This document shows positions 7,792-15,206 of a DNA stretch of 16,910 nt, in pieces. Source of the stretch: Candidatus Heimdallarchaeota archaeon B3_Heim (GTDB lineage: Archaea; Asgardarchaeota; Heimdallarchaeia; Hodarchaeales; Hodarchaeaceae); the NCBI GenBank assembly GCA_003144275.1, contig NJBF01000054.1, positions 1 to 16,910 on the forward strand. The letters run 5' to 3'. The notes beneath the pieces are model-generated. The model was given only the letters and a program-made list of their open reading frames with translations. It was not told the DNA's origin and searched no databases. The stretch's first letter is position 1; each line of letters starts with the position of its first letter. Both the position numbers and the translations under genes were made by a program.

Positions 7792-9202
7792 GAAATAGCT
7801 CCATATCTGAGCTCGTTGTCATTTCTGTAACACTTGCTAAATAACTCGATCCCAAAGATGGAAAGTCCTTAATTAAGGAAAGACCCGGAATAATATTTCT
7901 CGTTCTCATAAATTTTGTGAATGAGTCCATTAGTGTGGGAGAATTTAATGTAAAGACAAATTCTTTAAAAAAGGGACCAGTAAAGTGGGGAGAGCTGATT
8001 TCATCAAACATTGAAAGTCGCTCGGCTAAATGGTGAGCTTTTGCTAGAGAAGTTTCAGCTAATGATTTTAATCCATGGGGACCTATTAAACTCAAATACA
8101 CAGTTGATGCAAGAGCGCATAAGGCGTTATTTGTGCATATATTGGATGTGGCTCTTTCTCGTCGAATATGTTGCTCACGAGTTTGTAGTGTCATTGTAAA
8201 AGCCCTATTGGAAGAACTAATTTCTGTGGTTAATCCAATTATTCTACCTGGCATTGCTCTTACTAATTTTTTATCATTTTTAACGGCAAATAAACCTAAT
8301 AATGGGCCCCCGAAATTCATTGGAAGGCCTAACGGTTGTCCGTCTCCGATTGCGATATCAGCTCCCAATTCTCCTGGCGATCTCAGTAATCCTAAGGAAA
8401 TTGGATCAAAACCTATAATGAATAATGAGTTCTGATCATGCGTTAATTCTCCAACCTCGATTATTTCCTCCTCAATCACCCCCCAGAAATTAGGATTTTC
8501 AATGTAAACTCCACTAATCTGATTTCGTTTCAATTCGATAATACTGGCTAACTTTTCTAAATCAACTTGTCCAGTTAGCTTATCACAGGGATACGTTACT
8601 ATTTTCAATTTAGGGCCGGTAGTATAGGTTATAAGAGTATTTAATCTCTCTGGTTGAATGTATTCTGGAACAAGGAACACTTTTTTTTTCGTTGCACGAG
8701 TAGACATTAAAGCAGCTTCACCTAGAGTTGTGGTGAAGTCGTACATTGATGAATTTACGAGGTCTAGCTGGGTTAATTCTGCTATCATTGATTGATATTC
8801 CCATAATCCCTGGAGCATACCTTGTGAGGTTTCTGGTGCATAAGGTGTATATGAAGTAATAAATTCTGATCTATTCACGATTGAGGGAACTACTGAAGGA
8901 ATAAAGTGTGAATATATTCCCGCACCTAGAAATGAGATTAAATTGTCAGTAGTTACGTTTTTCTGTAAAACAGATTGAATCTTTCGCAAAGTTTCTTGTT
9001 CTGAGTGGGTTTTTGGGAGGTTTAATTTTCCTTCAAAGCGTAATTCCTTGGGTATTATTGAGTAAAGGTCTTCAATCGATGAAACATTCATAGCTTTTAA
9101 CATAGTCTTAATTTGAGATTCGGTTTGAGGCAGAAATGGGTGAGATAAGTGCTGAATCGAATGCAAAGCAGGTATTACCTCCTGAATTGAGGATCTTTTC
9201 AT
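7748..9202 (-). CDS. gcvPA: Glycine dehydrogenase (decarboxylating) subunit 1 / GcvPA
   Basis: FLGAGIYSHFIPSVV, SEFITSYTPYAPETSQGMLQGLWEYQSMIAELTQLDLVNSSMYD, GQPLGLPMNFGGPLLGLFA, LQTREQHIRRERATSNICTNNALCALASTVYLSLIGPHG. Confidence 0.97.
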   Translation of the reverse strand: MKRSSIQEVIPALHSIQHLSHPFLPQTESQIKTMLKAMNVSSIEDLYSIIPKELRFEGKLNLPKTHSEQETLRKIQSVLQKNVTTDNLISFLGAGIYSHFIPSVVPSIVNRSEFITSYTPYAPETSQGMLQGLWEYQSMIAELTQLDLVNSSMYDFTTTLGEAALMSTRATKKKVFLVPEYIQPERLNTLITYTTGPKLKIVTYPCDKLTGQVDLEKLASIIELKRNQISGVYIENPNFWGVIEEEIIEVGELTHDQNSLFIIGFDPISLGLLRSPGELGADIAIGDGQPLGLPMNFGGPLLGLFAVKNDKKLVRAMPGRIIGLTTEISSSNRAFTMTLQTREQHIRRERATSNICTNNALCALASTVYLSLIGPHGLKSLAETSLAKAHHLAERLSMFDEISSPHFTGPFFKEFVFTLNSPTLMDSFTKFMRTRNIIPGLSLIKDFPSLGSSYLASVTEMTTSSDMELFLDAVLEFFRTHGGK

Positions 9203-9454
9203 TTTCAGATTAGCTCCTCTGCCAAATTTAAATTATTTGGCAAAAATGATTAAATCAATTTTTTTTCTCATCCTAGGTAAATATTCGTAATGAGACAAAG
9301 TAGGATAGATTCTCCTTTTTTTGATAAGATAAGTTTGAATGATTTATGAAATCAGTAAATTAGACAAAGTTTCTTAAGAATGAAATCACAAATTTCACCT
9401 ACATCTACTGCTAATGAAACTAGTAATTCCTAGGTTAATATTCGTTAATCTAAT

Positions 9455-10090
9455 TTAACGACGGATACGTCTAAGAATGAAAACACTTATTCCGAACATT
9501 ACAATTGGTAAGATGTAGGCGAAGAATATTAGACTATCATCTGGAGGCGTCAGATCTGAGGGCAAAGGAGGAAGAGTATTCGATTGGGATGTAACTTGTT
9601 CGCCTTTAAGCAGAATATTGACAGAATTAGAAATTACAAATGACGAAAGACCATTTAAAAGTTGAAAATTCACAGTAATCCCTTCCACAGTTATTGTTTT
9701 TGTATCAGAACTCGTAACATTGAATTCTAGACGGATTAAATATATCTCGTCAACTTCTAGTGTACCAACAGTATAGTCCATCTCAGAGGAATCATTTTCC
9801 GCTTCCAAGTCTAATTCTGAACTTTTTATGAATTCCAAATCCTCATGAACTTCAAACTGCAAGGAGACATTCAAAATCTCCTCAAAGTGAATATTAGTTA
9901 TTGCAAGACTCATATTAAAGTGATCATTTTGATAAGCTGCCTCAGGACTAGCAACCATGTAAAGTTGAAATGGATAGTAATTATTATCGTGAGGAGTGCT
10001 TTTTGCTTGTAAAATTGAACCGTTTACAATTAGTATGATGACTATGAAAAAAAATAATGCAAGGCGTTGAACTTTCAGGTTCCTAATCAT
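9455..10090 (-). CDS. Hypothetical exported protein anchored by a C-terminal TM helix, beta-rich extracellular domain
   Basis: N-terminal hydrophobic signal (LALFFFIVIILIVNGSILQ), Thr/Asp/Val-rich extracellular region with several N-x-S/T sequons, Pro-rich linker, C-terminal TM (IFFAYILPIVMFGISVFIL) followed by RRIRR. Confidence 0.65.
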   Translation of the reverse strand: MIRNLKVQRLALFFFIVIILIVNGSILQAKSTPHDNNYYPFQLYMVASPEAAYQNDHFNMSLAITNIHFEEILNVSLQFEVHEDLEFIKSSELDLEAENDSSEMDYTVGTLEVDEIYLIRLEFNVTSSDTKTITVEGITVNFQLLNGLSSFVISNSVNILLKGEQVTSQSNTLPPLPSDLTPPDDSLIFFAYILPIVMFGISVFILRRIRR

Positions 10091-10295
10091 TGAACTTTCA
10101 CCAAAAATATGTTGAGAGATGATCTATCCTCGTTTTAATTCATTCTAAATGGACTGAATTGGGAAATATTACAAAAAAAACCGCATATGATTAGATTAAA
10201 GTAACTTTCGAGATAATGAACCACACAACTAAATCCTCTACATTGCTGTAGATAAGTCTCATTCTCTCATGGTTCCAAAAATTAAACTTTCAGCA

Positions 10296-10859
10296 TTAAT
10301 AAGCAACTGCGGTTCCTTGTAATGCAAGACGAGTAGCCAATTGGAATAATTCTTCGACATTTTCTCCTTCTAGCGCACTAGTTTCAAAGTAAAAGGCGGA
10401 AAATTCTTGTGCAACTCGTTTAGCTTCTTCTGTTGAAACTTCACGTTTATGAAGATCCATTTTATTCCCTACAAGAATAAAAGGTGTATTTGGACTATGC
10501 CGTTTTAATTCTCTAATCCAATGCTTGACATCAAAGAATGAACCCCTATTCTGAACATCAAAAACGATCAATGCAACTCTGGCTCCCATGTAAAAATCAC
10601 TTCTTATACAACCAAACCTGTGTTGTCCCGCCAAGTCCCATAAAACTAATTTTACTGACGTACCTCTCATCAATGTTTCGTGGACTTCAATATTTAATCC
10701 CACTGTCAAGTTGTATTGTCCAGGAATGGTTTTAGTTCGAAGATGAGAGCATAGTGATGTTTTTCCTACTCTACCGTCACCTATTAGAATGAGTTTGGTT
10801 GCTACATTATCAATGGCCAAAGTTGTATCTCCTATGATTCCCTTGAGTAAAGGTACCAA
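10296..10859 (-). CDS. Ras/Rab-superfamily small GTPase
   Basis: G1 GDGRVGKTS, candidate G2 Thr in TVGLNIE, G3 WDLAGQ, G4 NKMD, G5 ETSA, with DFYMGARVALIVFD spacing typical of eukaryote-type small GTPases. Confidence 0.93.
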   Translation of the reverse strand: MVPLLKGIIGDTTLAIDNVATKLILIGDGRVGKTSLCSHLRTKTIPGQYNLTVGLNIEVHETLMRGTSVKLVLWDLAGQHRFGCIRSDFYMGARVALIVFDVQNRGSFFDVKHWIRELKRHSPNTPFILVGNKMDLHKREVSTEEAKRVAQEFSAFYFETSALEGENVEELFQLATRLALQGTAVAY

Positions 10860-10989
10860 CTTTGAAATTAAAGGAACGATGTCACAATCATATTATGAGT
10901 GTTGATTCTCACCACCTTCCCAACTAGTAGAGCTTAAATTTATAGAAAAAAAATTTCTCAAATATAAGGATCACTGTTGGAACCAGAAA

Positions 10990-11487
10990 ATGCCCATTCT
11001 AGAACAGAATTATTCGCGGCCAAGAAATCATTTTTCAGCCTGTCACTTTTTAATCGGATACTCAAGGTGTGATAGACTGCATGGTCACGATTATTCGGTA
11101 AAGTTGCGGATGAAGTATCATTCGGAAATTAATGACCAATTTTTTGACTTCAGAGTAGTAAACTCGTGGGTAAATCAAATAATCAAAGAACTTAATCATA
11201 AAATCTTATTACCCGAAAGATCCCCTGGAATAAAAATACGACCAATAAGGAATGGAGAAAACTGGTTAATTTTATTACAAGGAAAGGAGTACTCGTTTCC
11301 TCAGAAAGATGTGAAAATTCTCAAGGGTATTGAACAGACGACTTGTGAGCATCTTGCTGAATATATTCATAAACTAATTTCTACAAAAATGAAAGAAACA
11401 GGCAAGTATGAAGTGGTATCCGAGTTGACAATAATTCTGAGTGAAACAGTTGGAAATGAGGTTTCTTATTCCTCTAAAATTATCTAA
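10990..11487 (+). CDS. 6-pyruvoyl-tetrahydropterin synthase / 6-carboxytetrahydropterin synthase (QueD) family protein
   Basis: Zn-site and catalytic Cys pattern FSACHFLIGYSRCDRLHGHDYSV, DFRVVNSWVNQIIKELNHKILL, EQTTCEHLAEYI, and LSETVGNEVSY near the C-terminus. Confidence 0.85.
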   Translation: MPILEQNYSRPRNHFSACHFLIGYSRCDRLHGHDYSVKLRMKYHSEINDQFFDFRVVNSWVNQIIKELNHKILLPERSPGIKIRPIRNGENWLILLQGKEYSFPQKDVKILKGIEQTTCEHLAEYIHKLISTKMKETGKYEVVSELTIILSETVGNEVSYSSKII

Positions 11488-11497
11488 AACGAAAAAC

Positions 11498-11623
11498 TTA
11501 ATCCCATCGTTTTCCTGTGATGATTAAATATAACAAACCAAGAATTCCAATTATTAGAAAGCCCCCTAGTAGCACTACTAACCCGAGTCCGATTAATGAT
11601 AGTAGAATTGTTACTATATCCAT
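11498..11623 (-). CDS. Candidate small single-pass membrane protein (41 aa), not in the supplied ORF track
   Basis: Hand translation of reverse strand: MDIVTILLSLIGLGLVVLLGGFLIIGILGLLYLIITGKRWD-stop; complete ATG-to-stop with a strongly hydrophobic, Gly-rich core. Confidence 0.4.
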   Translation of the reverse strand: MDIVTILLSLIGLGLVVLLGGFLIIGILGLLYLIITGKRWD

Positions 11624-11829
11624 TTTAATGTCCCCTTCAAAGATGAAACGACAAAAATGTCTTTCCGGATAATCCTAATTTCTCCCTGTATAAAAAAGTT
11701 ACTAATGAAGAAGTCCGCAGAGTTTAAACTGATGAAAAGTGCTGTTACAATAATTTCCTTGTAAGAAGACAATTTAAAGAATAGTTTCTAGGTAACAGTT
11801 CCCTCAGTGATGTGATCACAAATGAATAA

Positions 11830-12312
11830 TTAGATTGGCGGATCTTCATATTTTATAAGTTCTGCTATTATATATTTTTCGAGTCGATCTCGATCACCGA
11901 GTGCAATAATATATTCTGATTTCATATCTACTTCTAAGTTTGTAGGCCTAATTTTTACTATCCATTGATCATAAGGGGCATTATTTATTAATTGAGGATC
12001 ATCAAAAACTTCGGAATTGGTTTCAACAATGGATCCAGATACAGGAAAACGTAATTGTCCAATAAATTTGTTTGTTTCGACGGTACCAAAAGCTTTTCCT
12101 TGGGAATAAGTTTTACCTACAGGACGAGTTCGAATATGAAGAATAGGACCTTGAAATTGTCCAAAATCGTCAAAACCCACGTTAAATAATTCACCATCGG
12201 TTTTCAACCATATATGGCCTGGTTCCTGTGTAAAATAATATCTATCTAAAGGGAAATGGTAAGTTTTCTTTTCAGTGGTTATTTCTAATGAATTACTTCC
12301 CAATTTTGTCAC
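11830..12312 (-). CDS. gcvH: Glycine cleavage system H-like (lipoyl-domain) protein
   Basis: GHIWLKTDGELFNVGFDDFGQFQG..., lipoyl-lysine context GTVETNKFIGQLRFPVSGSIVETNSEVFDDPQLINNAPYDQWIVKIRP. Confidence 0.85.
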   Translation of the reverse strand: MTKLGSNSLEITTEKKTYHFPLDRYYFTQEPGHIWLKTDGELFNVGFDDFGQFQGPILHIRTRPVGKTYSQGKAFGTVETNKFIGQLRFPVSGSIVETNSEVFDDPQLINNAPYDQWIVKIRPTNLEVDMKSEYIIALGDRDRLEKYIIAELIKYEDPPI

Positions 12313-12525
12313 CGATTACAATTATTTTCCCAGATAATTAGACATTATTTAAGTATTCGCTGTTTTATGTCTTTGGATTGCTCTTTAGATTTTTGTATAC
12401 GAAATTTTAGTGATATCTTTATTTTTAATGCTTTTGAAATTGCGTTTTTTGATATTAAAAAAAATGAATTAATAAATAGATTCCTCTTTTATTGGTTGAG
12501 AGATGAGTTATTTAGATAATTCTAG

Positions 12526-12896
12526 TTAGATACTCTCTGGATAGACGAATCGAAGAAGTTCTTCGACAAAATTCTCAACCGTTTCCACCATTCGTTCTTG
12601 TTTATCATTATAATCCACTTGTAAGAGTCCATGTGAATGCCAAGTTAATCTAACTGAAATTGACCGAAATACCATAACCGTTGGGGTTGAGGCTAAAGTT
12701 CGGTAAGAATTCTGTTCTAAACCTTTTTTTATGTTCTCTAGTGAGAATGGTTTACTTAGATTAAAGGAAACGTACCATCGGTATGGATTATTGTTACAAA
12801 TTTTGACTGAAAATGTGAATGACGTAATGAACGCACTTCTCCTTCAGAACTATTTAAAAATATGAACTTAATTTCGTCTAGTGATTGAAATTTCAT
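12526..12896 (-). pseudogene. Possible conserved hypothetical protein interrupted by a frameshift (N-terminal ORF 12756-12896, C-terminal frame 12526-12843)
   Basis: MKFQSLDEIKFIFLNSSEGEVRSLRHSH... in one frame; ...NNNPYRWYVSFNLSKPFSLENIKKGLEQNSYRTLASTPTVMVFRSISVRLTWHSHGLLQVDYNDKQERMVETVENFVEELLRFVYPESI-stop in another frame, which has no ATG/GTG/TTG start near its beginning. Confidence 0.4.
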
Positions 12897-13070
12897 TCCA
12901 TTCTATAAACAAAAATGAAATTCATTTTCATTGATAGTATACATTATTCTTTCTAAATTTTTCACTGAATTGGTCTTGTTTTCAAACCAATAATTCCTTA
13001 TGTTTGAAATTTGTGTTGCGATAATATAGCATATTACGGTTTTGTGTATTATTCTTGGATTCTGCCTCTC

Positions 13071-13757
13071 ATGAAAGCTGTATGTTTGATATCTGGTGGT
13101 ATAGATAGCCCTGTAGCAGCTCAGATTGCGATAAAAAATGGTTTCCAACCATTACTTCTACACTATCATAATTATCCTTTTCATTCCCCGGGTACTTTGG
13201 AAAAAGTCGTGGCATTGGCAAATCAAATTGCGAGTCGGAATAGTTCAACCCCATTAAGTCTATCAATTATGACACACGGTGGAACACAAGAAAAAATTCT
13301 TAATGGCTTAGAAGGACGAGAAATTCAACAAACTTGCTTATTTTGCCGAATGCAGATGTTCTATAAGGCCCAACAATTCGCAAATCAGCGAGGAGCTGAG
13401 GCCGTTATCACAGGTGAAATTTTGGGGGAACAAGCAAGTCAAACACTTGATAATCTGCCAATGGTAACATCTAAGATCAATCTTCTAGCGCTTAGGCCGT
13501 TAATTGGATATAATAAGGAAGAGGTAGTAAGTTTATCTAAGAAGTGGGGGTATTATGATTTATCTATCCTACCTGGCGGCTGTTGTAGTATAAATCCTCA
13601 ATATCCCGAAACGAGAGGAAAATCAGAGGTCCTAGATCCTATTTATTATCGACTGTCTGACAAACTAAAATTAATATCTGAGTCAGAATTGGATTCAGTA
13701 GTCGATTTTAAATTACCAATATCGTTGAAAGAGGTTCTTGATGCTGTAGAAACCTAA
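13071..13757 (+). CDS. ThiI-like PP-loop sulfurtransferase domain protein lacking a THUMP domain (track start 13011; ATG at 13071 fits the domain start)
   Basis: PP-loop MKAVCLISGGIDSPVAAQIA, QTCLFCRMQMFYKAQQFA, AEAVITGEILGEQASQTLDNL, LALRPLIGYNKEEVVSLSKKWGYYDLS, GGCCSINPQYPET. Confidence 0.88.
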   Translation: MKAVCLISGGIDSPVAAQIAIKNGFQPLLLHYHNYPFHSPGTLEKVVALANQIASRNSSTPLSLSIMTHGGTQEKILNGLEGREIQQTCLFCRMQMFYKAQQFANQRGAEAVITGEILGEQASQTLDNLPMVTSKINLLALRPLIGYNKEEVVSLSKKWGYYDLSILPGGCCSINPQYPETRGKSEVLDPIYYRLSDKLKLISESELDSVVDFKLPISLKEVLDAVET

Positions 13758-13798
13758 GAACTAATCGATTTTCAATCTCCAGTATTCATTATAATCGA

Positions 13799-13951
13799 CT
13801 AATACCTGTGATATTCCATCATTTTGTTAATAAGCTCAGAATCACCAGTATCCACATGTAAAAGTTTTTTTGGTAGATTGTTAATTTTAAGTAGTGTTGC
13901 TACAATTGAAATTGAGTCCAGTCCAATTTTTTTCATATCGTAAGGTCTCAC
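13799..13951 (-). CDS. Candidate 50-aa ORF, distantly SirA/TusA-like in pattern, not in the supplied ORF track
   Basis: GTG start, VRPYDMKKIGLDSISIVATLLKINNLPKKLLHVDTGDSELINKMMEYHRY-stop; convergent with the ThiI-like gene. Confidence 0.25.
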   Translation of the reverse strand: MRPYDMKKIGLDSISIVATLLKINNLPKKLLHVDTGDSELINKMMEYHRY

Positions 13952-14085
13952 TCACGATATACATTCCAGTTCGGTGTTTATCTACTTCATTTTCTGAAAT
14001 TGATTAAAAAATTCCATTGTAATAATAATAATAATGAAAGACAAATGTCTTTTATTATATATTCAATTTTTCAATTTCGATTCCT

Positions 14086-15099
14086 ATGAAGGTATTAGTA
14101 ACAGGTGCAAGTGGATTCATTGGCAAAACCTTTGTTAAAACGTTAATCCAGGAACAACCCAGTGTAGAAATTTATTGTGCAGTTAGAAAATCATCTGACA
14201 TCGATGAACTAAAATCTCTTAATTTTAGATTTGTTGAATTCGATCTAACAAATATAGATACGTTTTCGCAAGCTGTTGAAGAGATGGAATGTGTTATTCA
14301 TTTTGCAGCCAACTTTAATTTCTTGGCCTCTGAAGATTCATTATTTCAACTAAATGTTATTGCTACACAGAAGCTAGCGGAGGCATGTCTTAAAGCAAGA
14401 GTTAAACATTTTGTGTATTGTTCTACTACTGAAGCCATGGGAATAGTTGAAGATGGTACAGAGGAATCTGACTACAATCCTGATGAATTATATGGCCGTA
14501 GTAAGATGGAAGCTGAAAAGATACTAATCCAGATGAAAAACCAAAATGAGTTTCCTGTTACGATTGTACGTCCGACAGGAGTGTTTGGTCCTGGAGATCG
14601 ATATGTATTCAAAGAAATGGTTGAATCCGTGGATCGGACTATCATAAATAAGGTCTTTCCAACTTCAGCGAAAACTCTCTTACATTTTACTTATATCGAT
14701 GATGTAGTACAAGGTTTCATTAAAATAGTCCAACTTCCTGAGCAAACAATTGGAGAAATCTATATTCTGGCTTCCGATGAGCCTCAGACATATCGACAAA
14801 TTTTTACTACTATTGCGGAAAAACTTGGCAGAAAAAAACCTCTTTTCATCTCCCCTTTCCCTTTATTACTTGCACGACCTTTTTGGCCTTTCCTCTTTAG
14901 ATTTTATCGCTGGCGGAATTTTGGCTATCCTTATGTTCCAAATGCACTGAAGAAAATTCCTACTAGCCGTAATTATATGAATCAGAAAGCTAAGGAAGAA
15001 CTCGGTTTTAAACCAATTGTTGATTTTGAAACAGGAGTAGAAAGAACTATAGAATGGATGAGGGGTAGAGATATGATTAAAACAAAATTAAAAACATAG
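14086..15099 (+). CDS. NAD(P)-dependent epimerase/dehydratase (extended SDR)
   Basis: MKVLVTGASGFIGKTFVKTLI Rossmann motif, VIHFAANFNFL, YCSTTEAMG, YGRSKMEAEKIL (YxxxK), VTIVRPTGVFGPGD. Confidence 0.93.
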   Translation: MKVLVTGASGFIGKTFVKTLIQEQPSVEIYCAVRKSSDIDELKSLNFRFVEFDLTNIDTFSQAVEEMECVIHFAANFNFLASEDSLFQLNVIATQKLAEACLKARVKHFVYCSTTEAMGIVEDGTEESDYNPDELYGRSKMEAEKILIQMKNQNEFPVTIVRPTGVFGPGDRYVFKEMVESVDRTIINKVFPTSAKTLLHFTYIDDVVQGFIKIVQLPEQTIGEIYILASDEPQTYRQIFTTIAEKLGRKKPLFISPFPLLLARPFWPFLFRFYRWRNFGYPYVPNALKKIPTSRNYMNQKAKEELGFKPIVDFETGVERTIEWMRGRDMIKTKLKT

Positions 15100-15206
15100 A
15101 AGTAATTTAAGATAAAAAAAATATCATCTTCAATATCTGGAATTATAAACATAATAATTTTAGAATTGATTTAATTCAGTTCAAATAACAAGATAATAGC
15201 TCAGAA

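Noticed and set aside
8133-8435. 100-aa ORF in the gcvPA region
   Set aside because: Overlaps the well-supported GcvPA coding sequence on the opposite strand; likely a by-product of its codon usage.
13011-13070. N-terminal 20-residue extension of the ThiI-like ORF (MCCDNIAYYGFVYYSWILPL)
   Set aside because: The PP-loop beta strand begins at MKAVCLISGG; the extension looks like translated intergenic DNA, so the ATG at 13071 is preferred.
12903-13148. 81-aa ORF METIFYRNLSCYRA...
   Set aside because: Its start codon and N-terminal portion fall antisense within the ThiI-like PP-loop region; sequence looks low-complexity/AT-derived, so probably spurious.
14032-14050. TAATAATAATAATAATGA short tandem repeat upstream of the epimerase
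   Set aside because: Simple AT-rich microsatellite-like run in an intergenic region; could include promoter DNA but no supported function.
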